Shown here: positions 23,801 to 35,644 of the stretch, one piece after another
How the letters are laid out: each line of letters starts with the position of its first letter
How positions within the stretch are numbered: the stretch's first letter is position 1
Source of the DNA: Amoebophrya sp. A120
Taxonomy: Eukaryota > Protista > Dinoflagellata
DNA length: 64,000 bases
Assembly: GCA_905178155.1 (NCBI GenBank)
Contig: CAJINV010000012.1
Location: 3,281,144-3,345,143 of the forward strand
Direction of reading: 5' to 3'
Made by a program: the position numbers and the translations under genes
The notes under the pieces: model-generated
Told to the model about the DNA's origin: nothing
What the model saw: only the letters and a program-made list of their open reading frames with translations
Databases searched by the model: none

Positions 23801-26800
23801 AGCGGTGGACATTTTGGAGGAATTACCTCTGACTCCAGAAACAGAAGCCATGTGGCGGTCTTTGGCAAAAGTCGCTATGGACGATCTAGACGCGTTGCCG
23901 GTGGTGGAGCAGTGCTACGCGGTGCTCGGCGACGTCGCAAAAGCGCGGTACATCCACAACTTAAACCAAATCCGGCTGGACCAGGGGGAGAATTCCGTCA
24001 TGGTGCAGGCGAAGATGGCCATGCTGAACAAGCAGTACACGCGTGCGGAAGCGATTCTGCTCGACGCGAACCAGTTAGAAGAAGCGATGGGGATGTACCA
24101 GGAGCTGCACAAGTACGACGAGTCCATTCGATATGCATTGCAAAAAGGTCTGGGTCTGGATTTGTTTTTGTAATGCAAGACTCCGAGGACAACAAAATCT
24201 GTAGTGCATGAACGCGATAATTGGCCAATGTTTTTGTCGCGCTGGAAGCCAGTCTGTCATGCTGCTCACGAATGAATTTACAGTACAAGAAACCTCGCCG
24301 AACTTGTGATGCTGTTGCGCTGTACAAGGAGCTCCTTTGCGATTCGAGTATCAGCAACACAGGTTCAATATTCCAGACCGAGACGAATTTGCACTGCATA
24401 TCCGACTCGCGGAGAAGAAGGGCCACCCGAACGTGATGCAGCTGAAAAACCACTACTTGCAGTGGCTTCTCTCCACCTATGGGGTGTTCAAACGTTACAT
24501 TCTCAACTGTTACATGATTTGTCATGCAAAAGTACCTTAAGCCGGCAGATGATCGAGCTGCTTCGCATGACAAATTTCGGAAGGGCTAGACAGCATCTAA
24601 ATCTGCACCAAACTTGTAATGCAAAAGGCGCAGTCTTCCTCCTTTCCCTTTTGCCAGTCTTGCATTACAAATTCATTTTTGAACTGTTGAGAATGTAAAA
24701 TTCGAGAACTCCATACCACCCAACAGGAGGAACGCGCCGGGGAGCTGCAGGAAAGAGAGGGGAACTACGCCCGGGCGATCGAACTGTATTTGAAGGGCGG
24801 TATGGCTGCGAAGGCGGCGAGTTTGGTGCAGCGATTTTCCATATCAAATGCAAAAATGTCTGGGTCTGGAAGAATACAAACTTGTGATGCGCATTTCAGC
24901 ACACAGAAAAATCTCTGATGCATAGGTAGCAAAAGCTGCCCACTTTCTGTCACCAAAGTGGGGGATTTGTCATGCGGATTCGGCATTGCGGAAGCTTTTC
25001 GAAACCTGTGATGCTAGAGCTTCCATGCCAAACCTTCTGTGTCATGCAAAAACAGCATGACTCTTGTCTTCCAGACCCAGACATTTTTACATTTGATTTT
25101 CCAATTTCAACTACACCCAGGAGTTACTGCAGCGGATTGCGACGGCGTTGGAGCAGAGCGGGGTAAGTCAGAAGGCGGGGGCGCTTTACGAACGAATGGG
25201 GATGATGGATAGAGCGATGGGAGCTTACATTCAAGGTATTGGAGATAGTGGATTTTGTTTATAGGTGGAGTTTGTCATGCGGAGTCGCAGATTAGAGTTT
25301 GTGTTTGTGATGCAGAAATTGAATTTTGGATTGTTAAGGTAACGCTTTCCGACAAGCTGTGGAGTTGGCGAAGCAAGTACAGCCGTCGCTGGTTATGCGG
25401 ATGAGAATGTTGTTTGTCATTCGACGTAGATTCCAAAAATACTGCTATGTGCCGCTTCAAGTTCAACTTTGGTTTGCATGACACGTTTGACAAACCGTCT
25501 TTGCCAATCTAACTTTCCATGACAAACAACTTCTCATCCTTTCCATACCCCTGATCCAATTAGAAGAGCAGTGGGGCGACTACCTGGTCTCGCAAAAACA
25601 AACCGACGCGGCCATCCACCACTACATCGAGGCGGGCTGCAGTCTCAAGGCCATCGATTCCGCGATGAACGCGCGGCAGTGGCACAAGGCGGAGCAATTA
25701 CTAGAGTCAACTCACGGCGGGGACGCGAGTGTGTGTTTGCCTTTCTACGAGAAACTCGCCGGGTTCTACGAGAAATCCAGGCAGTTTCCGGAGGCGGAGC
25801 GGAGTTACCTGAAGTCTGGGAAACCGCAGAAGGCCGTGCAGATGTTATCAAGTGCAAAAATGTCTGGGTCTGGAAGAATGCATGTTTGTCATGCTTGTAT
25901 GGCATGACTCTTAAATCTGTCATGCGCGCTACCCAAGAGCTCCATTTTTCTGTAATGCAGAAACGCGCTTTGTCATGCAGAATAGGCAACACCTAGAAGC
26001 TCAGAAACTTGTCATGCTGAGCCAGCATGTGTGGCCTCATCATGAGACGCCACCCAGCATCACAAGTTTCCAGACCCAGACATTTTTACATTTGATAGAT
26101 GTACGTGGAGCACCAAATGTTTGATAAAGCTTATCGGGTTTCTTCCAATATTGTGAGAAAAAATCCCCCCTCCCCATATCGAAAACGGAATTTGTGTTGC
26201 TGTATTTGAGTACACAAATCGACTTGTATTGATACAGGGCCACGAGACGCAGTTGCTCCCTCGTTTGTAGGCAATTTGTCATGCTGTTTCCCGTTTCCAG
26301 TTGCTTCCTGTCATGCTGAAGACGCTAGGCTTTCCTACGCCAGCGAGGACTACAGAACGCATCTCTTCCCTTCTAGCATGAAAAAAGGACTTGTGGTCAC
26401 GAATCATGCTACACAAATCTCCGGTTTGGTATGGGGAGGGGGGATTTTTCCTTTTGATATCCAAAGAGCTGTCGCAGCGGGAGAGAACGGATCTGTATCT
26501 GCAACTCGCGGAGAAACAAGAGAAGCTAAACAAGCTTTCCGACGCGGAGCAACTGTATTTGGCGGTCAACGAATCGGACCTGGCGATCAACATGTACAAG
26601 AAGCGGGATATGAAATGCAAAAGCATCGTACTAGTAGAAATCGCATGACAAATTCCCACAGCATGAAAAATGAACTTTGTGATGCGGATTGAGGTTAAGA
26701 AGGAGATTTGTAATGCATGACTGGGATTACTACGAGTACGATGCTTTGGCACAGGATACGGGAAGAGTACGAGCAAATGCTCCGGTTGGTGTCGAAGTTC

Positions 26801-29800
26801 CGGAAGGAATTGTTGATTGACACCTACTATCAAATGCAAAAGTGTCTGGGTCTGGAAGAGTGCAAACTTGTCATGCGCATTTTCGATGCCACATGAGGTC
26901 TGCAATGCAGGACCTAGCATGACAGGTTCTGCGAAGACTCTATGATGTCTATCCTGCATGACAAGCTGCCGCTAAACTTGTTTAAACGTGGAAAGCTTTT
27001 GGTAATCACGCAACACAATTTTTTGTACTATCCAGACTTAGCATGACAAGTTCCATCCTTCCAGACCCAGACATTTTTGCATTTGATACCTACAAGCACA
27101 TCGCGAGCCAGTATGAGGCGAAGGGGAACTTGAAACGCGCGGAACACTATTTTGTCGAGGCAAAGTGCTGGACCAACGCCGTGTCCATGTACCGGCAGAT
27201 TGAAAATTGGGATGACGCGAAGCGGGTGGCCAAGCAGCACGGTGGCAAGCAGGCGTTTGAAAAGGTGGTATTAGCGCAGGCACACACCGTGTTCAAAGAA
27301 TCCGGGGCGGAAGCGGGGGCGCAGCTGCTGGCGAAGCACGGGCTGACGGAAATCGCAATCGACTACGCACTATGCATTGCAAAAGTATCGTACTATTACA
27401 AATCGCATGACAAGTTTTTCCTTTAGAAAAAAAAGGAATTTGTCATGCAGATTCAGGTAAGAATAAGAAAACACATGATCTGTAATGCTAGACTCGCATT
27501 TGTACGAGTGCGATGCTTTTACACTGCATACGCAGTGGAGCACAACAACTTCGAGCACGCGTTTGAGCTCGCCACGATGGCGGGGATGGAGGGCAAGGTG
27601 ATACGGATTTGCTTTGCATAGCTGCGTTTCAGTGTGTGACAGACTACATCAGTGTAGTGTGATGCAGAAAAGTATGCACGAGAAGTAGCTTTCATCTAAC
27701 ACCACAATACAGGTCCAAGAAATCCATCTGAAACGAGCGCTGGCTTTCGAGGATGAGGAATTGTTCGAGAAGGCTGAACAGGAGTTCCTCCTAGCGAAAA
27801 AACCGAAAGAAGCCATCGACATGTACGTGCATCAAAGAGATTATGGGAGTGTCAGGATCGAAATCGTCAAAGTCGACAAATTTGGGATGCATAAAATGTA
27901 GCGCACGCAAGGCCTGTATTGGGGAGCAGGCAAATGAGACCGATTGCAGGCCTGTTTAGGGCTAAGCAATGTGCTGCCCGAGTAGCGTGACAGGAGCACT
28001 CTTCTTTGCCCAAACAGCATGAGAAACTGGATGTGGGTGCTCCCGAAATTTCTCATGCGCCACTTGAAAACTGAGGCTCTAACTGGCATCGATTTTGTGC
28101 ATCACAAATTTTTCGACTTTGTCAATTTCGATTCTGACACTTGCATAGAGATTGGGTGAATGCTATGCGGATCGCGGAGAACTACGACATATGCATTGCA
28201 AAAGCATCGTTCTAGTAAGTATTGCATTACAAATTTGCTCAGCACGCCAAGTCGAATTTGTAATGCTGTTTTAGCTTCGGAAGGCGATTTGTCATGCAGA
28301 TATGCAATTGCAGGGTGCAGCTACGAGTGCGCTACTTTTGCAATGCATACGACAAGGACGCCAGATCGGAGGTCATGATTCACCAGGCCAGGGACATTGC
28401 GTCCGAGGGCAATACAAACGTGAACGAGCAGCAACTGCGACTCGCGGAGTCGCTTTTCGTCCAGGGAAAAGAGCCAGAGTTGGCCGTTCAGATGTATAGT
28501 CAGAGAAATTATGAAATGCAAATATGTCTGGGTCTGGAAGAGTGTGTTGCTGTTTGTGCATAACACAGAAGGTCTGGCATGCAGCTCCTAGCAACACAGG
28601 TCTTGAGCACGTTAGGCGATGCCTAATCCGCATGACAAGTGCCCTCTTTGGGTGACAAGAAGTGAGCAGGTTTTCTTGCGGTCCACGCACGACAGATTTT
28701 TTTCTGATCTCAAATGCGCATCAGAAGTTTACATGTTTCCAGACCCAGACAAATTTGCAATGCATAGAAACATGATGAACGACGCCATTCGGGTGTGCAA
28801 GAAACACCGACCGCAGATGTTAGGGGTATCAACTGTAAAAATGTCTGGGTCTGGAAGAGTTCATGTTTGTCATGCTGGTCTGGCATGACTCTTAAATCTT
28901 TCATGCCCGTTACCCAAGAGCTCCGTTTTTCTGTGATGCAGTAGCGCAGTTTGTCATGCAGAATAGGCAACACCTAGGAGCTCAGAAACTTGTCATGCTG
29001 GGCCAGCATTTGTAGCCTCATCATGAGACGCCACCCAGCATCACAAGTTCCCAGACCCAGACATTTTTACTTTTGAGAAGGGGATCTAGTAGATCAAACC
29101 GGGAGTTTCTCCAGTAGCACAGCGGTGGTGGGAATGGGTGCAAAGGGCGATCGAGGAAGTTCCGCGGGGAGTTCGAGGAGAGGGGACAGCGCATATCAAA
29201 TGTAAAAGTGTCTGGGTCTGGAAGGATGCGAACTTGTGATGTGTGTTGCGGATCATACAAAAATCTGTGTTGCATGACTTGCAAAAGGTCCCCATTTCTA
29301 GCCATGCCGAGGGGGCATTTCTCATGCAGAATAAGCATCACCAAGGGGCTGCAGAACCTGTGATGCTAGTCCCTGCATTCGAGACTTGGCGAAGCTTGGA
29401 AAAACTGCATGACAAATCTCAGAATCTTCCAGACCCAGACATTTTTACATTTGATAGCGCGCAATTAGAAGAGATTTTGGATCGGGCGAAGGTATGATGT
29501 TGTACATAGAGTTGGGTAGAACTTGTACTAGAAGGTTTGTATTGCGTAAGTGGGCATGAGCAACCGTGTCTGTCATGCCAAACCTACGTACACAACCACC
29601 GATACTTGTTCCACCACAGGTCTACGAGGAGACGGGCAACTATTCGCGAGCGATCGATGCGTACTTGATGGTGACCGAGAAACTACCAAATGCAAAAATG
29701 TCTGGGTCTGGAAGGATGCAGATTTTTGTCATGCTGTTTTTCCATGACGATGACCCGGAAGGTCTGGCAAGCAAGGTGTAGCATTACAGGTTTTGAGAAG

Positions 29801-32116
29801 CTGCGTCGATGCCTAATCCGCATGACAAATCGCCATTTTTTTCGATGACAAAAGTGGGCAACTCTTGCTGTCTATGCATGAGAGATTTTTTTGTGTTGTG
29901 AGATGCGCATCACAAGTTCCGTCTTTCCAGACCCAGACATATTTGCATTTGATAGAAACTGACCTCCGACAAAAGCCGACTGGAAGAAATCTGGGAGTCC
30001 GCGGTCCGCATCGCCATGAAGCACAGCCCTGTGGATCGATATCCAGTGGTTTGTGAGGACGTCGCGAAGCGGTTGAATGCCATGGGTCGGTTCGAAGCCG
30101 CGGGACAGCTGTTCGTCGAGGCCGATATGCCCAAGCCGGCGATAGAAGCCTACATGAGCGCGCAGCAGTGGACCAAGGCACAGCAAATCGCGCAGCAGTC
30201 CATGCCACAGATGCTGTCCGTCATTGAGAGCCGATACAAGAACGGTATTAATAGTTGATCTGAAAAAATGTGGGAAGGATAGTTTGTCATGCGAACTTCT
30301 GCATGGTGCAGTACAAAACTCATGCAAAAACCACACTTTATCCTAACAGACATCGTGAAAACGGGTGACGGCGACGAGCTGATCCGCAAGACGGGTGACG
30401 TGAACACCGCTTTGGATATGTACGCCCGACAGGGAGACTGGAACAAATGCTTTGCCCTAGCGGAAAAGCAGAAAAACCCGGAGCTCATGGCGCACTACGT
30501 GCTACAGCACGTCAAGCAGTTGCTGCAGCAGCAAACCTCCGAGCGGATCCAGGAGGCGTGCAAGATTCTGAACCGGTACGGAGCGCCACCGGTGAACAAT
30601 CAGACGACCGCGTTGTATATCAAATGTAAAAATGTCTGAGTCTGGAAGGATGGAACTTGTGATGCGTCCTGTGGGTCACACAAAAATCTGTCTTGCGCGA
30701 TCACCAAAAGTTGCCCAGTTTTGACCAACCTGAGCGGGAGTTTCTCATGCAGGATAGGCTTGACAGAGACTTCGCAGAATCTGTCATGCTAGCTCCTGCA
30801 TTCCAGACCTCAGGGGGCATGGAAAATATGCATGACAAGTTTGCACTCTTCCAGACCCAGACATTCTTGCATTTGATATTGTACACGGTGATTGCGCAAA
30901 AACTGCTCACTGTGGAGACAAACGCAAAGAAGGTGGAAATGGCACGGGAGCTGCTGTTCCAGGTATACTTACTTAGTTACAAGAAGATTTTGGCAGGGGT
31001 CGGTATTTCAATTCTACGTAGTATCATGTGATTTTTCAGAGAACCAAAAGTGGCTGTGACTGCTCCCGATTGTATTCTATTCCATTGCATGACAGATCTA
31101 CTTCCAGTTTTGATGTTCCAACAAATCATTCTCTATCAGGTTGTGATGGGCCGCGATCAAACTTCTACCCCAATGTCCGTTACCGATATCATTCAATCCG
31201 ACTCCGAACTGGTCCGCTTTCTCCTCGTCGCGCACTTTATGCAGCAGAAAAACAAGAATCAAACAATCGACGCGAAATTGAGGGTATGCATTGCAAATAT
31301 GTCTGGGTTTGGAAACATGTAAACATCTGATGCGCATTTGAGACCAGAAAAAAAATCCGTCATGCACGGACCGCAAAACTTTCTCACTTCTTGTCACCCA
31401 AAGAGGGAACTTGTCATGCGGATTAGGCATCGCCTAACCTGCTCAAAACCTGTGTTGCTAGGACTTGCATGCCACACCTTCTGTGCCATGCACAAACAGC
31501 ATCACACTCTTCCACCCCCAGACAGATTTGCAATTGATAGACGGCGTCCACCTCCGAAGCCTTGCTCCGGTACACCACCCACATCCCGGTGGATAGGACG
31601 TTCTACGAAGCGGGTATGGGGTGCAAGGACGCGGATCGGGTGTCGGCCAGTTTTCTGTACTTGAACCGGTATTTAGATATAGTCGACGCGATCCAGGACG
31701 ATATGGTGCAGATTGACAACGCAGATTTCGCGAATACCGACATCCCCAACCCCCAGGACGTGGAGATACCGGAACACCCGTTTTTGTCGGATGATAAAAA
31801 CGAGGAAATCCGGGAGTTAGTGCTCGGCTGGTCCGTGTCACCGAACATCGAACAGAAATTGCCAACCCGGAACTGCGACAACTGCTCCAAACCCATGTAC
31901 GCGGCCGGTCTGAAGTGCTTTAGCTGTGGCAACAACTCCGTCCCCTGCGTCGTCACGGGGCAACCGGTGCTCCGACAGCAACAGGTGCAGTGTACGAACT
32001 GCGGGTCGTATGCAAACAGGGAGGATTGGATGAACTACATCCGGAAATACGGATCCTGCCCTTGGTGTCTGAGTCGCCAGCAGGGCAACGCGCTAGGTGG
32101 GGGGTTTAAGAGATAG
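20884..32116 (+). CDS. IFT172: Intraflagellar transport protein 172, about 27 introns (19 introners, 8 GT-AG)
   Basis: [122 protein letters not shown] are recognisable IFT172 segments in the expected order. Confidence 0.96.
22146..22311. mobile_element. Degenerate introner element
   Basis: TATGGAAGGGAAATC / GATTTTCCTCTCCACA; removal +5 nt gives [17 protein letters not shown]. Confidence 0.65.
22848..23138. mobile_element. Introner element, family F (diverged)
   Basis: Interior resembles copies at 37333 and 45546; TSD GACAG/GACAA; joins [13 protein letters not shown]. Confidence 0.88.
24132..24400. mobile_element. Introner element, family A-type TIR
   Basis: TATGCATTGCAAAAAGGTCTGGGTCTGGA / TCCAGACCGAGACGAATTTGCACTGCATA; TSD TTCGA/TCCGA. 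Confidence 0.9.
24478..24715. mobile_element. Introner element, family D
   Basis: Family D TIR; TSD CCACC; joins [14 protein letters not shown]. Confidence 0.93.
24842..25098. mobile_element. Introner element, family A
   Basis: Family A TIR (last base T instead of A); TSD TTCCA. Confidence 0.93.
25394..25547. mobile_element. Degenerate introner element
   Basis: TATGCGGATGAGAATGTTGTTTGTCAT / ATGACAAACAACTTCTCATCCTTTCCATA; removal +5 nt gives [16 protein letters not shown]. Confidence 0.75.
25846..26097. mobile_element. Introner element, family A
   Basis: Family A TIR; TSD GATGT; close to 28827 copy. Confidence 0.95.
26149..26459. mobile_element. Introner element, family E
   Basis: AAAAATCCCCCCTCCCCATA inverted repeat; TSD TCCAA. 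Confidence 0.92.
26609..26758. mobile_element. Introner element, family G
   Basis: GCAAAAGCATCGTACTAGTAG inverted repeat; TSD CGGGA; 150 bp. Confidence 0.92.
26828..27088. mobile_element. Introner element, family A
   Basis: Family A TIR; TSD CCTAC. Confidence 0.95.
27371..27530. mobile_element. Introner element, family G
   Basis: Family G TIR; TSD CGCAC/CGCAG. Confidence 0.9.
27842..28147. mobile_element. Introner element, family H
   Basis: TATGGGAGTGTCAGGATCGAAATCGTCAAAGTCGA / TCGACTTTGTCAATTTCGATTCTGACACTTGCATA; TSD GAGAT. Confidence 0.93.
28190..28349. mobile_element. Introner element, family G
   Basis: Family G TIR; TSD CGACA. Confidence 0.92.
28510..28766. mobile_element. Introner element, family A
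   Basis: Family A TIR; TSD GAAAT/GAAAC; interior is the reverse of 31285 copy. Confidence 0.93.
28827..29078. mobile_element. Introner element, family A
   Basis: Family A TIR (right end AGA); TSD AGGGG. Confidence 0.93.
29194..29456. mobile_element. Introner element, family A
   Basis: Family A TIR; TSD GCGCA/GCGCG. Confidence 0.93.
29684..29954. mobile_element. Introner element, family A
   Basis: Family A TIR (left end TAC); TSD GAAAC. Confidence 0.93.
30618..30878. mobile_element. Introner element, family A
   Basis: Family A TIR; TSD TTGTA. Confidence 0.95.
31285..31539. mobile_element. Introner element, family A
   Basis: Family A TIR; TSD GAGGG/GACGG. Confidence 0.92.
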
Positions 32117-32853
32117 GCACGAGCCGCCTGCCTTGAACAAGTTGCGGTTTTTTGAACGCCATACTACACTTAGAAACGGTATAGAACTCGTCAATTTCAT
32201 CAATCAACTTCATTTCTCGCTTTGTTAAGGATACATTTGTATGTAGGAAAAGGCTCTAGAAGGAAGCAGCAGTTTCTTCAGCCTGCTGGAGGTTTCCAAT
32301 TGATAATCGCTTTTTCAATTTACTTTTCGAGTATTGGTTTACGTAGGTAACTACAAAAGGAAGTTTTTTCTTAGCAATGGTAAACAGATAAAGTTTTTAT
32401 GTGTGAATAGTCAGGAGGGTATAGTTTCAGTTTAGCACTGTTTTCTTTTTCAAAATTGTCTTAGCACAGCTGTCGCATTGCACAGCTGCGATGGAAAGAA
32501 CGACCAGCTGCAATAGTAGATCGGCCGATTTCAATGTTGGCAAACGTTTCATGAGATGATATTCGATTTCCAATGTATAAAATGAATCCGGATCCGGAAG
32601 AACAGCATCTGAGTACATAGAAAGTGACCATCTAAGTAAAATCATCGATCCGAAACGAAAATAAGTGGTAGCCCTCGTTTCTTCTTGAAAGTGGCTTGAA
32701 TTCCCGGCATTTCAGTTTTTTGTTCGTTTTCTCGTCGTCGTTGCGCTCCTCTGTTTGGCTTTCTTATCGATCAGGTCGGCAGGCTCTACTTGTGTTGCTG
32801 CCATTGGTTCAAAAGAGACTCTGTGCCTCGACTAACAACGGAAGAAGATAAAA

Positions 32854-33609
32854 ATGAGTTCGAGCGGTAATACCGCTGCCCGTTCCGGGCCTGCTGGCAA
32901 CACGACAACTGCGTCGAAGAGACCCAGCACGAAAAGCACGTCCGCACAGCCCATGATGAGGCGAAGAAAAACCAGGGGGACGAGTGGGATTCTACGCACT
33001 AGATCGCGACCAGGTTTGTCGTCAAGAGACAAAACGTATTCGTCAACCCCTTCCCTCTCCACGACCGGCGCCCGCAAATGCTTCCCACTAGTGTACGTCG
33101 CGGATTTGATTGTCATCCTCACGGCGGGGAGAGAGCTCGCGCGACAGCGAGATGAGTCTGAGCCGGCGACCGACTACCCGATGCGGTTTCTCGCCTTTAC
33201 CCACTGCATCTCCTCGTTTGCCACCCACTGGTTCTTGAATTGGCCGGACAACCGGTCCGGGGCGAAGATTTCTTCTCTGCTACGACTCGTCTGCTTGGTC
33301 TTCGCGATCATTTTCATGACGTATTCTGCGCAGTCGAGCGCTTTGTTCTGCGGAATGCTGGCGGTGATTGTGAACGTCGTTGCGGTAGCGATGATTTGCA
33401 AACTGTATCTGCGGCCGGATGAGATGCACGAGGATTTTGATGGAAATGCGTACGGACTGGAGGATGGTGATTTCAATCGAAGAAGTAGAACCAGTCGCAG
33501 GAAGAGCGAGAAAATAAAAGGGCGAGACGAGCTAGGACAACCGGGATCGAAAATAACCGGGAAGACACGAAGAGGTGGGATAAGTAATGAAGAGTCGTCA
33601 TCGAGATAG
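32854..33609 (+). CDS. Hypothetical multi-pass membrane protein
   Basis: 251-aa ATG ORF with several hydrophobic stretches (LLRLVCLVFAIIFMTY; LFCGMLAVIVNVVAVAMICKLY). Confidence 0.6.
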   Translation: MSSSGNTAARSGPAGNTTTASKRPSTKSTSAQPMMRRRKTRGTSGILRTRSRPGLSSRDKTYSSTPSLSTTGARKCFPLVYVADLIVILTAGRELARQRDESEPATDYPMRFLAFTHCISSFATHWFLNWPDNRSGAKISSLLRLVCLVFAIIFMTYSAQSSALFCGMLAVIVNVVAVAMICKLYLRPDEMHEDFDGNAYGLEDGDFNRRSRTSRRKSEKIKGRDELGQPGSKITGKTRRGGISNEESSSR

Positions 33610-34037
33610 ATACAGATGCAACTTCATGTCGGTGTCCTCTTTTTGCGAATAGAAAATTGTCTTTGTACGGAGGAACAGATTTTTGATGATAAATATGCAA
33701 GTAGAAGCATCATGTGGCTTTTTGCGATGACGAAGCTCAGGACATCCAGATGAAAAACACTTCTTGATGTGTTTACTGCAACATACACGGAAGCGAAAAA
33801 GTGAAATGGCTTTGAGCGAAGAACGAGAGATCTCGGCTAGAATTGTACTGAATTCAATAGATTGCGATTGGGATTGCGCGCCCGCCGGCAAGTTCTTACG
33901 TAGTACATAGAGGAGTTCTTGTTGCCACAGTAGGCGGGAGGTAGAACATCAAGTAGGGATAGATAAAGCAGGACGAGCCGAGGAGTCAAGACGCTTTGTG
34001 GGTAGCTAAGTACGTCGCTATTTTCACAGCACAAAAA

Positions 34038-35644
34038 ATGAAAATCGTCATGACGGAACGGTGCCAAAGCTCGGGTGCGACGTCAGCCCCGTCTCGCACT
34101 CATTCCCAGTTCTTTCGCAGGAGAGCGTGGCGGGTTCGAAGAGGACTCTGTACCACGACCGCCACTACAACCTGCTTCCTCCTCGCCGGCAATAAAGTTT
34201 TTGCTGGTTCCTACATGCGACAAGAGCATCTTTCCAGCATCTCAGCCGACGATGAGCTCCTACACGGGAACAAAGGGCAACAAGGATCCGCACCATCAGA
34301 ACATAAGCGAGTCAACGCAACATCCTCCGCCTCCAGTCTGATAGCGGAACAGGCTGGCACTGGGGAGAAAAAGAAGAAGGCGACATGGTACGTGTACGCG
34401 GATTACGAAACAACCTATGCGGACTCGGAAGCGTATGGAGCTCTCAAATGTTACATTCTCAAGTGTTACATGAATTTGTGATGCAAGAGCGGCAAAATTG
34501 AGAAGGGGAAGATTGCGGTTTTTGCATTACAGGTCTGGCGTAGATTCTAATGCTATTTAGCGAGTCGCGAACCTGTCATGCGAAGCAGCTTGATCATGTA
34601 GATACTCATGTCAAATTTGCACGACAAATCCATGTAACAGTTGAGAGTGTAACGTTTGAGAAGCCCATAAAGCGGCCCTGGATCCGGATTTCGGGCGGAA
34701 CGCCCTCTTGGACCCGGCGTTTCTGGCGACGTTACAGGAGGAGTTGCGATATGGATTGGAAATATGTCTGGGTCTGGCAGAGTCGAACTTGTAATGCTGT
34801 CTGCGGATTCTAGAAATATCTGTGTTGCATGAGCAGCAAGAGGAGTCAGTTCTTGGCACGCGTAATTAGGGCATTTTTGGAGGGCATTTATCATGCGTAA
34901 TTAGCATCAAGAACAAGAAGTTCTCGAAAAATCAGTGATGCTAGCACCAGCATGACAGACCTCACGGGTCATGCAAAATGTGCATAGCAAGCCCCGACTC
35001 TTCCAGACCCAGACATTTTTTCACAGGATATGCGGAAGGAAACGGGGAAAACAACCATCACCGTGCCGGAAAGTAGAATAAGATGTTGTTTTTTCTTTTT
35101 GTATTGCGGTGCTTGCACGACCATGAGAACCTGAACTGGTATTGCTGCGACACGCATCACAGTCTGTATGTATATAAAAACATGAAGATCAACCCGGTGG
35201 CGTTGAGCCGATGACGGAGCTAAAGCCGCCGCCCACCCCGCAAATCAAGGTTTTCACGGCGGGGTTTGTGCTAGTCTGCATGTTTGTATGAGAGTGCACA
35301 ACTCCCCCTCCCCCTCATTTGTGTTGCATGAACAGCAACACAAGTGCGGGCAAAGATGCAGCTTTTGCATGACAAATTCCTAGAGGACTGTAGTGCTGGT
35401 TCGACTTCCGGAATCTCTCATGCATACAGTGCCACAGGGAAGCACTCGGATTTAGGCTTTTGCATTACAACAAATAAGGGGGAGGGGGAGTTGTGCACTC
35501 TCATAGTTTGCGGGGTTGCAGATTTTGCAGTTCGTTGTGCTGTATCACATGTACCAGGAGCGGAAGCTGAAGGAAATGGAGGAAGCGGACATGCTGTCTG
35601 ACAGCGACAGTGACGACGACGATGACGACGATGAGTCGGATTAA
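34038..35644 (+). CDS. Hypothetical membrane protein with acidic C-terminal tail
   Basis: Frame restored by removing elements 34434, 34750, 35287 plus one further intron; ends VFTAGFVLVCMFAGLQILQFVVLYHMYQERKLKEMEEADMLSDSDSDDDDDDDESD*. Confidence 0.65.
34434..34669. mobile_element. Introner element, family D
   Basis: Family D TIR; TSD AAGCG. Confidence 0.93.
34750..35030. mobile_element. Introner element, family A
   Basis: Family A TIR; TSD TGCGA/TGCGG; interior is the reverse of 45158 copy. Confidence 0.9.
35287..35505. mobile_element. Introner element, family I
   Basis: Perfect 29-bp TIR TATGAGAGTGCACAACTCCCCCTCCCCCT; TSD GTTTG. Confidence 0.95.

Noticed and set aside
20884-32116. IFT172 and neighbours as transposon-killed pseudogenes
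   Set aside because: Checked junctions rejoin in frame without stops, including across old decayed elements; expression data are still needed for proof.
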